From Takakia lepidozioides (lineage: Eukaryota > Plantae > Bryophyta), in contig CM060734.1 in NCBI GenBank assembly GCA_030704615.1, forward strand, positions 4,650,001 to 4,714,000: a stretch of 64,000 nt of DNA, in the 5' to 3' direction. The position numbers and the translations under genes were made by a program. Below, in pieces: positions 37,880-50,235 of this stretch (position 1 is the stretch's first letter; every line of letters begins with the position of its first letter). The notes under the pieces were generated by a model. That model saw only the letters and a list, made by a program, of their open reading frames with translations, had not been told where the DNA came from and made no database searches.

Positions 37880-39240
37880 GGATTGCGACTCAATCCATCC
37901 GCATCTCGATTGACCAAACCCGGTCAATGCACAACCTGAAAGTCATACTCCTGGAGTATGAGTGCCCACCGTGCAAGCTTCCCCGTAAGCTTGTCTGACT
38001 CCATCAACCACTTGAGTGGCTGGTGATCCGTGACAAGGGTGAAGAGATTGTCGTATAGATAGCACCTGAAGTGTGCCACGGCCCACACTGCAGCTAAGCA
38101 CTCTCGCTCATATGAGCTGTACTTAGCCTCTACAGCGTTGTTCGAGCGGCTAGCATAAGCCACTACGAACTCTCTTCCCTCATCATCCACCTGTGTGAGC
38201 ACCGCTCCAAGCCCCAGCATGCTCCAATCCGTATGCAGCTGAAAGGGACGCCCCCTGATAGGTCGTCTCAGGATGGCTCTTGAAAAGCTCGTTCCTGCTC
38301 ATCTTCCCACTGCCACTCCTGGTCCACCTTGGTCAGCTCGGTTAGAGCCTTTGCAATGGCACTAAATCCCTTGACAAACCATCTATAATAGTTTGCCAAC
38401 CCCATGAAAGCTCGAACTCGGCTCACATCCGTGGGGCATGGAATTTGTGCAATGGCCTCTATCTTAGTCTGCTATACCTCCAATCCTCCAGGATATATCT
38501 TGTGACCCAGATACTCAATCTGGTTGTGGAAAAACTTGCACTTCCCCGGATGCAACTTCAATCCGCGCGCTCTCAAGCGCTCCAATACCACCTGAAGGTG
38601 TCTGTCATGCTCCTCCATCGTAGCACTAAAGATGATGATGTCATTTATGTAGCACCGAGCAAAGTCCACCCCTGCTAGAATCCTATCCATGACTCTCTGA
38701 AACTCTACAGGAGCATTCTTAAGCCCAAATGGTAAGAACCGCCACTGATATAGGCAATCCTTCCGTGCTCATTGATCCCCCAGAATGTCGTCTTCTGCTT
38801 ATCCGCCTCCTTGATCGGCAACTGGTGATATCTGGATTGTAAATCCAAAGTGCTAAAGACCTTAGCATGCCCGATGGCATCAAAGATCTCCTCTGGTGTT
38901 GGCATGGCATACTTATCGGACTTGGTCTGACGATTTACAGGCCGGTAATCACCGCACATACGTCTCTCCGTCCAATTGCCATAGACATCCTTCTTGGCTG
39001 GCATCACTATGGCTGAAGCATACTCTTCACCAGAGTGCTCCACCAAACCAGCCTCCTAGAGATCTTGAGTCCTCATCTGAATCAAAGACCTCTCCATGTC
39101 ACTATATCTATAGGGTCTTCGAAAGATTGGCGTGTCAGTGGCCAACTCAATACGAGTCTCTTGACCCTTTAGTGCTCCCAAGTCCTTCAAACTGAAGGCA
39201 AAGCAATTCTTGTAAGCCCTCAGGAACCGCCGTATACGTC
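37880..39240 (-). pseudogene. Reverse transcriptase + RNase H (gypsy type)
   Basis: RRMCGDYRPVN, FSTLDL...YHQ, YINDIIIFS (YxDD degenerate), LHTDWS..GLGAVL, YASRS, ECLAAVWAV, TDHQPL, LARWALILQEYDF. Confidence 0.93.
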
Positions 39241-39639
39241 GTCTCTCTCCTCCGGTGACAATGGGTCCAATGTCAAGCTCCCAATTGTCCTCCGTAACTT
39301 AAGTCCAGTGGGCTTAGAAGTAGAGGACGCGTCCAGTGGTTGCTATGTTGCAACCTCTTGAGCAGTACTCCCTGCCTGCTCAGTCAATGACAAAGCCTCA
39401 TCCTGCCTCATCATCTCATCCACAAGGGCTTCCTCAACCCGAGAAAAATCCCCAACCTCATCCATCACCGCCGCCCTGGCTGCCAACTCCCTCTGAACCT
39501 CGAGCACCTCCCACGTGTGCCATGGATGCCTACACCCCATGGTCCTCTCATGCTCGCCCCCACTCACTGCCTGTACCATCTCGGTAGGCAGAGAGACCAT
39601 CGAGGGAAGTGTACTCCGCACTCTGCGTTGCTCAGCCAT

Positions 39640-40600
39640 AGCCAAACTGATAATCCAGGTCGAGCAATTGAGATCCATTGCTTGCCCCAACACCTGACGA
39701 CATGATGCCTCAGAAAGAGACGACACCGTCGTGGTACCAGTGGTAAGACCCATTGCCCACTCACGCTTGTCAGCATTAAGCTCCACTAACTGCTGCAACT
39801 GAGCATCCCACAGAAGGCCAGGTCCACTATCCCGGAAAGCATGCAATCTTGGGAAGCTGAGCAGTGTAGGTAATGCTGCTCGTGGTTGACCCACCTTGTT
39901 GACCACTACCGAAGGCGAATGGTCATCGTGTCTCACACGCTGAGACTGCCTCCCTATGTCCAAAATGCTATCCACTGTGAGGTGTGCTAGGCGCTGCACC
40001 CCATCAAATGCACGCTTGAGCAGGGCAGGTGGCATCAAGTTAGTCCACCATAGCGTGGGGACGATGAGCCCGTGACCCCACTGTAGCTGCATCTAGCAAC
40101 AATGTTGACCCAAGCCACGACCAGACTTGATGCACACTGGCCATCACCCTGGCCTGAGAATCGCCCATCAGTGGCACATTCTCCCAGATGTATGCTGGAG
40201 ATACAGCTTGATGAAGCTGCAAGTGGCACAAAACCCGCACCATCTCCCAAAACAGACCCGACCTTGAGTCTCGCAATCCATTGCCATGCCGCTGATGAAT
40301 GCCCTTGGCAGGGCCAACCTGCCACTACTAGATCAATGGAGCCAACCCGCTCCAAATCCTGCGCCCCCAGCAACGAAATGTCTGCTGGCGGCAAGGCCTG
40401 CTGATATCCACGAACTGCAGACACCGACAACAACTCAGGGTACTGCTGCACCAACTGAGCAACATTGCGAAGTGAAACGTGTCGGGCAATCTCATCCCTC
40501 TCCACATATAGGTAACGCCGAACTCGTACACCTACCAGTAACACAGCAGCCAATCCAGTGCTGATCCCGCCAAACAAGTCCAGAAGACAAATGCCTTCAT
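39640..40600 (-). pseudogene. C5 cytosine DNA methyltransferase domain (copy 2), between protease and RT
   Basis: GICLLDLFGGISTG, YLYVERD, AGWPCQGHS, RSGLFWE, IWENV, AHRP and LGQAMDLN across ORFs 40035-40763, 40040-40276 and 39343-40092. Confidence 0.92.
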
Positions 40601-40999
40601 CCGGATACTGCCACACGATCGGTGTGGTGTCCAATGGTGACAACTGAGGTGGTCTTCGTGCAATCCCCGCACTGTCCTCCTCTCCTGACGGTACAAAAGC
40701 CTCTACACAGGCTTGTGGAACCGTAATCAGCAACCCGCTGAAATCCTTGCTCGAGCCCCACAATGGAGTTGAGCAACCATGGCAGGCAACTCCGCCATAC
40801 CATGCATGTCATCTTGCTCTCCCGGAGGTGACACATCCTCTGAATGAGTGTTGTCATCCAACAACTCTCCAGGCCAAGTCACTGCAGCTGTGAATGCTGC
40901 GAGTGTCGGCATCTTGCGTCTAGCCCGCTGGGCAAACGGCAATACTCCTATGAACATCACAGGGAGCTCACACACAGCTGGCATGGCCCTCCCCGACTG

Positions 41000-43490
41000 C
41001 ATCCAGGCATATAGTGAAGCTGAGTCCTCCCAAAAAATCCAGGGTGAAGCCCAGGGGTAAAGCATTGCCCCACCAACCAGGACATCGTCGAGACCGCGTC
41101 TGTCACAATGGCCTTGGCTCGCATCACTGAGCCATCTGTAGTGTGATCTCGGCAGTAGTATGAAGCCAACTCATGCCGTGTCATGCCCTGAGCCTGCTCC
41201 AATCCTCCCAGAGACGTCTGATCGGAAAGGACAGGCTCCATATCCGCCTTCGTGAGGCCCAAGCCTGCAATAGCAGCTCTGCCAAACTCAATGGCTGAGC
41301 TCCTGAGTCCAACAAGACCCGCAGTGGCCGGTACCTCTTGCCTGCCGGTCCATTTAAACAGAAAATGTCATCCGGGTTGTCTAACATGACAACTCCAGGT
41401 GTCACATGGCGCGCTCAATGGCTGGCCTAGCTGGCAGCTCCATCAACCTAGGAGCTTGCAGCGGCCATGGCGCTTGTCGTGGCAGTCTTGATCTCAAATC
41501 CAAGGACCTACGGCACTACACCTCCCACTTCTCCGCAGAAGATGAAGTAACCTCCCCACTCTCACAGAGTGTAGCTGCCAGCCTGAATCCTCAGCCGGTC
41601 TACCCTCGGCGTCGCAATCATGGTAGCCGAGAATAATGGAGCCTGACACACAGATGTGGCCGCTCCCAGCAGACACACTAGCTGCCGTAGCCTTGAAAAC
41701 ACTAGGTAGGGTGCTGCCCATGTAGCTTCCCCAATGGCATAGTAAACCTCCGCCTCGGTAACAGTTCGGGCGAAGAATTAGGTGCCATGGATGGCGTCGA
41801 CACTGTCTCCACCAATGTGAATGACTGAGGAAGCCTAGCTGACGGCTTGCCTCCCCACGTTGTGGATCCAACTCCACCTTTGCACCTCGTGGCTCAGGAA
41901 CTCGGGCTGCTCCTCGAGTCACGGCTGCAGCAGACTCCACCTGCACTAGTGGTAGTGACTGCTGCCAGATGAATCCAGCCTCCCATATCTCCTCCCTCAT
42001 GAGCAGGAGGAAGTGTTTGTGGGTGTGAGGGGGGAGTTGCTAATAATGAGTGTTGGGTGGTTGAGGGAGGGCCCGTGCGTGTGGCTGGTGTGGAGGATGG
42101 GATTGTTGTGTGGACCATAAGGAATTGGAGACGGTACCACCTGAGCTGTAGCCATGGCAGCAAGCCTCTGCTCTGTTGCTGAGCCGGTTGACCATGCCTT
42201 GGTCAACACGGACCTCCGTCTTGGCCATGTTGAGCTTGTCCTTGCCTGACACCCCGTGCCTGGCACCTCACTATGGGCTGCTCCCACCTCACCCCCGGCC
42301 ACCATTGTTCCCTTGGAACTGGCCTGGGCCAACTCAGGAGGCAAACCATAACACTGGGCCTCTCCATGCGTGCTTGCCACAATGCCCACACATGCAACTG
42401 TGCAGGCTGTGCCATATGCCAGCCCTTTGCCTCCCTCTGGGCAATCCTTCTTGACATGGGGTCCTCCACATGTCCAACACACCACCTCCGCCCGTTGTGG
42501 CCTGCAAATGAAGGGAGAGACCCCTGCATCTGAGGTCCTCTCTGTCCTTCCCTTACTTCACTTGGACCCTCTTGTTGACTTGAGCACGTTGAGGTAGTGG
42601 TTGGCTAGGAGCACCACTACCCCGTGGTGTCTCCTTAGCAAAATCCCACCATGACCACTCATTCCCATTCCTTGTCCAATATCCCATACCAGAATTGGAC
42701 TGCCTGAGCTTCCGTAACCCCTTGGGTTACATTTATCAAGCGCCTCATGCGAGTGAAAGCCTCCCTCAAGCTCTCAGTAGGCTTCCGTTGGAACTCTTGC
42801 AAGCTCCGCAACTTCTCTGTCCTCACCCCTTGGTAGTTCCCTCTCAACTCTTCGAAGAACTCCACAACAGGGTTGAAGGCAGGCACGGGTACTAGTGCTG
42901 GTGCGGTAGTGGCTTGGGTGGACGTCGTAGCTACTGTACCACCAGTCCCACTGCTGCTTGCTGAAGCTGCCGGTGCAGCGGCAGGTGTAGCCAATGCCCT
43001 CGTGGCTCTAGTGCCCCTAGTGATGGAGACATAGTCGGGTGACCAGTACATCCTCCACTCCTCGATCTCAACCTCATGCCCCCGCCTGAACTCATGGTAA
43101 TCATCCATAGGCGGCCCCTCAAGGTGCTGAAACAGCCCCTTCCATGCCATGAAGGCGTAAATAGTTGTGGATTGCGCATTTGCTGCAAATCACACCAACT
43201 ATCAAACTCTTGGATAAAATCATCCAACTCGATGGTGCCCACCGCCCCAGAGTACCTTCGTGGCCCCTTGGTAGCTCCATACATCTCCTCCATTGTGTCC
43301 CACAACAATGGCAAGAAACAACTTGCACCGCCGGTGTGAGTCCTCCTGATTCACAATCCGAATCAGAACCTTCCGTAGAAGACACAGGAGGTGAAGGTGG
43401 CCTAAACCGCACACCTCGTCTCGTGTACCCACTAGTATCGCTAGTGCTCAACCGGCACTGTCCCCAGCAACTAGTGGCACCTCCGTGTTG
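41000..43490 (-). pseudogene. Gag + protease (copy 2), heavily frameshifted
   Basis: Pieces homologous to copy 1: FIQEFDSWCD, CWTCGGPHVKKDC, VLLDSGAQ. Confidence 0.88.
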
Positions 43491-44189
43491 ACAACTGTCA
43501 CTCAACCGGTCATGAACATGTCCCTAACCCCCTCTCCACAAGGTAACCGGGTAGAGAACCTGTTGCGGCTTATGGTTTGGAATACTAGGTTCCTAACATA
43601 GCCTACACCTGCACCTGCATCCACCGCAAGCACTCCTATGGTTGGCTGGTCATCACCTCCAACCTCACCCAAGGAGAAACAATGATGGTCTGACTGGTCA
43701 TCACCCCAGCCTCACCATCGACAGCATGCTCTAGGACTGGCCGGTGATCAAATCCGGACCAATCACCTATAAAAACAAGCGCCCACACAAACTAACATGG
43801 CGCACAGTCAAGCATGCAGGTATGGAGGGGATCCAAACACAAGAAATCAGAACGACAACTCCCCCACACCAAAAACAACTCCACGGTGTTGCTCCTGCAA
43901 GGACACCCCAGCCCAAACCCGGACTGACTCTTGCCTCCACCTACGGAAAGGTCTTGGCCTAATGAGAGGGTGGAAACTACGAGGAAGAGAAGCTAAAGCA
44001 ATGCCTAACCCCAACATGCCCTCATCCCAACACTCTTCCTCTCCTCTCTTCCCTCACTTGCATGACCATGGGAATATCATGAAGATACTCCTCAAACCGC
44101 CCTCCACGAGCGTCAAAATTGGCCTTCAAGACCACATGCCAGTCCTTAGGCAGTCCACCAGTGCCTCCACGAGTCAGCACAGGCCGTCC

Positions 44190-44470
44190 ACAGGTCAACA
44201 CGGGCCACCACAGACCAGCACAGGCCCACACAGATCACTGTCACAGCCGTCACAGCCCACAGCCGTCACAACCCCAAAGCCACAGTCACAGCCTGTCAAA
44301 GCCCTACACAGGTCACAGGATCACAGCCCCACAGGCCACAGGGCACAGCCCATCACAGCCTATCACAGCCCGCCACAGCCCCACAGGCCACAGGGCACAG
44401 CCTGTCACAGCCCCCACAGCCGTTCAAAGCCCCTCACAGCCCATCACAGCCTGTCACAGCCCATCCATGG
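44190..44470. repeat. CACAGCC-type simple repeat in the 5' leader of the DNMT element
   Basis: Dense recurrence of CACAGCC/CACAGG heptamers. Confidence 0.8.
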
Positions 44471-45936
44471 CCACTCATGGCAGTTTAGCCACCGAGCTAT
44501 GGCGGCTGTGAGGAAATCAAACAAGGTATTCTTGCTCTTTATGCCCCACACCACCACCAATAGTAGCTCTAATTCCAAATGAAGATGTTTGCAACCGAAC
44601 TAAGTGCACAAGCTCCTTTAACTCACAAAACAGCACCATTGATCCCTATGGCGACTACCAACATGGCTGACTTCCAGCCCTTGTAGCACTCATTCACGTG
44701 CTTTTCTTGACCATAGCATGCCCTTCGCACCTAACCAGCCCCTGCACCTACTGCCTTCAAGAGTTGTGCTCCCTTCAAGCTTGAAGTTGAAACCCCAACT
44801 CACATAGGCCCTACAAGTGCTTTTATTTCACCCCAAGTGGAAACCAGCCCTAGCCCTTCCGTTCTAGCTCTCTAAAGCTTGAAACAAGAGCCTCAATGGG
44901 CTGAAGGCATGCTCCCATATGCCCCACTCTCACCATAAGAGAATCAGCTCCTTTGCTTCATTTCTTGCACCCACAAACCTGAAAATACAAGCTGCAGCGG
45001 GCTGAAAGCATGCTCCACACATGCCCTACAGGGGAACCAGCCCCTTCTTTCCTTTCTTGCACTCCAAACCTGACAGTACAAGCCTTCAACAGGCTGAAAG
45101 CATGCTCCACACATGCATTGCCCTCACATAATGGAAGTCAGCCCTTCCCTCTCCTTGCTTGCCCTCCAAGCTTGAAGATGGAAGCTTCAATGAGCTATTC
45201 ACATGCTCCACACATGCAACCTCTTCACACAAGAGGTATCAGCCCCCTATCTTGGCTCCTTGGCTCCTTGATGCTCTCTAAGACAAGACTAAGCACACTC
45301 CACAGCCTTTGCCAAGCTCCTGAAACCCTAAGGCTTACATTTCCAGCGACAAGACACTCCTCTTGTGGTGCAAGAGCTCTTTTTCCAAGCTCTGAAACCC
45401 TAGGTGCACATTTCATGGCCTCGCCGCACCTCTTAGCTCATGTTCCATCCAGCCCTGCTCTGCCATGACAAGAGCCCTCTCAATGCTGAAGCTCGAGATT
45501 GAAACCCAATCTCAACATACTCCACAAAGTGCACTGATTCGCCCCAAGCCGAATCAGCCCTTTCGCTTGGTCTTGCAATCCTTCACACAATGAAAGCTCG
45601 CATTCCCCAGTCCAGTTCTCAGCTTTGCCACAAAGCCACTCTAATTTGCTCTTGACTGGTCCTCTTCCTCCAATCGTGCTTACTCATGCATGTACACAAT
45701 CTGAAACCATCAAGGTGCTCTGGAATTACCTGCAGCATGGTGCTTTCATCTCTGAAGCTGAAGATCGAATGCCAAGGTCTACTACCTCGTAACCCACATC
45801 GCCTCCGCTTCTAACAACCAAGAGCTCCACGGTGCTCCTTGCATAACAACCTGGTTTCCTCTCATTCTCAGCAAAACCACAAGTGCTACAATAACTCGTA
45901 TCTGGCACTTACAGATACGAGCTCATCTTTCTCGAG

Positions 45937-46263
45937 TGATAAAGAAGAAGAATACAAGCACAAGCTCATGCGAGCTCACAAAGCTGAAGCTTAAACTCAT
46001 GCATATATAAACTCATCACTCAAATACAAGTCAAGCCAAGTGCACCCCACGCCATGGGGAATCCACACACGACGGCGCCATAGCTAGGCGCGGTGAGGCT
46101 CACTCGAGAAAGATGAGCCTCCCGCGCTTGCCGTGAAGATAACCACCCAGGGCCTAAATCTGCCTTGACCCCTGGATTGACACTTGGGCCAATCCCAAAT
46201 GTCAATATGTAAAAGCTAGCTATTTCCTAGCTAGTTTCACACTAGTGGTAAAATAACTTGACA
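45937..46263 (-). repeat. 5' terminal repeat X (327 bp)
   Basis: Near-identical to 35470-35796 (about 7 differences by eye). Reads TGTCAAG...TTATCA on the minus strand. Confidence 0.95.
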
Positions 46264-46267
46264 TAGG

Positions 46268-47129
46268 ACCTGAAGATTTGCCATCTTCTAGATCCCATGC
46301 ATATGAGAAGAATGTCTGCTCGTCCTTTTTTTGGGTTCTTCATGGCACGCCGACAAAGAAGGGAGTGGCTGCAAAAGGAGATTCTCTCGGTGAGGAGCAG
46401 GGTCGCATGTGCCATCTATGGGCCGAACAAAATGGTGTGGACCCAAAGGGTGTTGTACGGTGGAAGTATAGGCGCGCACCTTGGCAATGGACAAAGGAGG
46501 AATACAAGAAAGTAATTGCCACCATAGGTGCTATCCGAACACCAACCGGGTATGGATCATCCCTCCGTACAAAATTCAGCGAAGACACTATCCATGGTTT
46601 GAAGTCTCACGACTACCATAATAGTCTCGCAAATCTCGGGAGTCAATGTCCCACGTACTGCAATGGGCAAGATGTCTTGCATCAGATTGGGAGGCTCGTT
46701 CCAGTGGATTTGCTCCAAAGAGTTGGAGGAAGCGGATTTTCCACGTATAAAGAAGGAGGCAGCGGAGGTAATGTGTATGTTGGAGATGAACCTTCCTCCC
46801 TCCTTCTTTGACATCCAAGTGCACTTGGTAGTGCACTTAGTGGAAGAGGCTTCGATTGCCAGCCCCGTTCATTCTCGGTGGATGTACTTCCTTGAGCGTT
46901 ATATGAAGACTTTGAAAGGATTTGTAAGACAAATGGCGCACCCGGAGGATAGCATGGCGGAGGGGTATACGTTGCAAGAAGCTATATTCTATTGCACATA
47001 GTACATGGCAAGGGTAGATGAGGAAGCCCCTCGGATGTGGAAGGAAGAGAAGGATGCACGAACCAAGGACATCGTTTTGCCCAAAAAATCGAAGAGGGTA
47101 AAATTGCCGACCTTGGTGATTGAGCAAAC
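46268..47129 (+). pseudogene. CACTA transposase, 3' part (DUF4218-like region)
   Basis: LDPMH..EKNVC, GLKSHDYH, LEMNLPPSFFDIQVHLVVHLVEE...RWMYFLERYMKTLKGFVR...PEDSMAEGY. Confidence 0.92.
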
Positions 47130-48690
47130 TGTCAAGTTATTTTACCACTAGTGTGAAGTTAGCTAGGAAATAGCTAGCTTTTATATATTGACAGTTGGGA
47201 TTGACGCAAGTGTCAATCCAGGGGCCAACACATGTTTGGGCACCTGACGTTGTTATCTTCACGGCAGATCGCGGTGGGCTCATCTTTCTCGAGTTGAGCC
47301 TCACTGCGTCTAGCTATGGCGTCGTAGTGTGGATTCCCCATGGCGTGGGGTGCACTTGGCTCGACCTAATATATGAGTAATGTTTTCATGTGCAAGTGTG
47401 TGAGTTTGAGAGAGCTTGTGTGCTTGTATCTTCCTTTCTTTATTACTCGAGAAAGATCAGCTCGAGTCTGTGAGTGTCAGGTTCGAGTTAATTGTAGCAC
47501 TTATGTTTTCAGATCATGAGAAACGGTTTAGCCTAGAGTGCAGGGATCCGTGCATGAGCCTATCCAAAGCGGATAGAGTGCAAAGGCGAACAGGTTGCAG
47601 GTTTGCAATGAATAGAAAGGCGGGTAGCCTATGTTGAAGGGCGGCGTTGCATAGCTCAACGCTATGGCAACCAAGTTTGGGCTTCTAGTGTGAAGCGGAG
47701 GAGATGTTGGCCACGAGTGGGCGAACTAGTGGTCGTCTTCTTCAGCTGCAGGCCGAGTTAAGGAGCTGCAGGAATGTGGGCTGCGCATAGAAGCTAACGT
47801 GTTGCAGGTTGGAGATTATATGATCAGCTCCAGGTATTTCTGCCCGAAACTAGTTATTGCGGGTATATAAGGAGCAGCCGAATAGTGGAGCTGCGAGGGG
47901 ATGCATCGCAGCTTGTTAGGAGCTTCAGCTCCAAGCTCATGAAGAGGTATGAGTGAAGAGAGGGGGCTGGTCCCTCTTGTGTGCAAATCAGTGCACTTGT
48001 GAAGCATGTGCTGAGTTGGAGTTTCAATCTGAAACTCAGCAGTGTAAGGGCTATTGGAGTGGCAAGAGAGGGGCTGGGAGGGCAACAACAAGGCGTCCTA
48101 GAGCCAGGGAATTTGCAGTGGAACTGCAGGTACACCAAGGTTGTAAAGGTGTGTATTTTCAGATTTGTTTTTGTAAGCTTCATGGAGAAAATGGAGCTTG
48201 TTGGGCAGCATATGGCTTGCTTGTTGAGTTGGGGGCGCTTCTAGTGGGCCGTGAGAGCTCAGGAGTGCAGGGCGATAGGGCTGATGGCTCCGCAAAAGCC
48301 ATAGCTCGTCGGCAGCAGGTGCAGGAGCAAACCCCAACTCGGGGAGAGCTCGGGAACGCTTGGGAATGCCTCGGGAACGCATGGGAACTCATTGGGAGTT
48401 CCAGGGAACGTAGGGAATAGTGGCCGTGATGGGCCGTTGGGGCGGTATCACGAGATACCACGAGCCCAGGCAGTGACTGTTGACCGTGACCGTTGACCGT
48501 GACCGTTGGAAGCCGTGGTGCGGACACAACGGGTGGGCATGGTGATCAGATCGTGGGGATGGCGGGCCGTGAAGGGTTGTGGGAGTGGTACCACGGGGTA
48601 TCACGGGGCAGCCCGTGGCCAACGAGCGCCTAGGGCGGGCCGTGAGGAGTCGTGGCGGTTGGAGCCACGGAAGGCCGCGAACAGGCAGAG
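47130..48690 (+). mobile_element. 5' fragment of a third, diverged member of the DNMT retrotransposon family
   Basis: Begins TGTCAAGTTATTTTACCACTAG (start of repeat X) directly against CACTA coding sequence. X (47130-47445) is followed by the same CTCGAGAAAGAT leader and by 5' UTR similarity to the reverse complement of 45480-45936. Confidence 0.85.
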
Positions 48691-49863
48691 TGAAAAAAAT
48701 AAAAAATAAAAATAAAAATAAAAAATCACTCGTTTCGTCACCACGGGAGATCTCCCCTACCTGACTATGTGCATGTTTGGGTTTTGTCATCACACCCGTC
48801 AGACTCTTGTAGACTAGAGAGCGTGAGTAAGGACGGGAGACCTCCCGTCCTCTGTTCCGTTCTATGTGTGCTTGTTCATGTCAGACCCCTCATTCTCTTA
48901 TGGCTTTGGGGGGTTGTTGTAACTTGTGCATGTTTCCCCCTCAATTTAATTTGACTACTGCTGATGTGTATGGCTTGGGAGGGGAGACCTCCTGTCTGTC
49001 CTAGTCCGCATGTGTTTTGTGCGTGGAGATATGACTTGCATGAGACATAATCGGAACGGCCATGCCACCTAGGAATCCGCAAGGTGGTTCTTATTTTATG
49101 GATGACGCTGTTGAGGAACTGGTCTGAGACTCGAGGATGATGATAGATAGAGATAGACAGTTCTATCGAAGGGCTGATGCAGTGGAGCCGAACTGTTCGA
49201 ATGAATTGGCTTCTATAGAGACGTTCACGATTGGTTTGCATCGAAGACTGTGGTTTTGGGTCCTATAGGATGGTGATGGTTGATTAGTGCCAATAGCCAG
49301 GGACCTCAATGGTTGTATAAATTTGGTTTGGTGATGCTCTAATAAATTACTTTGGACATTTTGGGACGTATCTCGACGGGATGTCTTTCTATCTTACTAT
49401 GTTATAATCATAGATCGGGAGATCTGCCTTGCCTCAGTGGAGATGTCGAACTTGGGACAACAATCATAATTCTCCTGTACTTCTGGAGTGACAATGTTTG
49501 GCATTTTTTTGTAGGCTAATAGTAAAAAACTGCAGCAACTGTGATGGACAGGAGGTCTCCCGTGCTGCCCGTGAAACTGTCCAAAACTATGATTTCAACT
49601 CAGATTAGGGATGTGATCAGGGTATGGATTCTCTGGGAACAACAATATTTAATAAACCTCTACAATAAACTTAATAAAATCATTTAAATTTGTTTTCATA
49701 GTGAATTTTTATTCAATCTAAATAAATAAATAAATGGACTTTGGAAAGTCTAGATTTACTTAAAATCCAGTTAAATGTACTAATTTGGTTGTGCCCAACT
49801 GAACATTACGAATCCTTACAAAATCTCTGGTCTACGAGCGTCAAGCTTAATCTCGATTTGGAT

Positions 49864-50235
49864 TCAGCGAGGAATGTTGTCCGAATCAGAACAGTCTTCC
49901 CCTTCACTGCCCCCATCTGCAATTTGCCTTACGCTAGTTCTCAACGGCACAATGTCTTCCTCATTAAACTCAACTGCTCCTTCCAAAGAAACTGGTTCGG
50001 CCATATCAGGTCGATTTCGTGGTTCCCTCAAACCCTCAAAGTCCGCATTCTCCCCAAGGTCCAACTCGTTCACGTCGGCCACGACTCGTTTGGCCCGGGG
50101 GTCTTTGTGAAGAAGCACCTTCCATCCAGGCTCATCGGTGTCATCTGAAAAGAATACTTGCTCTACTTGCCATGGGAAAATGAATGGCTCTTCATCTACT
50201 GGTAGCAACCTTCTGAAATCAACAAGAAGGAAGTT
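49864..50235 (-). pseudogene. C-terminal (DUF4216-like) end of a second CACTA transposase
   Basis: VDFRRL...EEPFIFPWQVEQVFFSDD..EPGWKVLLHKDPR resembles the EPF...QV.QVF...W.V tail of En-Spm transposases. Confidence 0.7.

Larger units (their letters stand above)
35316..46263 (-). mobile_element. Full-length Ty3/gypsy retrotransposon, Gag-PR-DNMT-RT-RH-INT-PHD, with split direct repeats
   Basis: Termini TGTC...GACA are flanked by a TAGG duplication (35312-35315, 46264-46267). Removing the element restores the CACTA acceptor/exon (tatgtag|GACCTGAAG = DLKICHLLDPMH). All pol domains are recognisable. Confidence 0.93.

Noticed and set aside
43797-44582. 261-aa antisense ORF in the DNMT element leader
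   Set aside because: Low-complexity product of the CACAGCC repeat; not conserved as an ORF in copy 1.
35316-46263. DIRS/Ngaro/PAT classification suggested by split repeats and a methyltransferase
   Set aside because: No tyrosine recombinase motifs seen. The element has a protease, an rve integrase and a TSD, and its MTase is C5-type, not the Dam-like type of DIRS.
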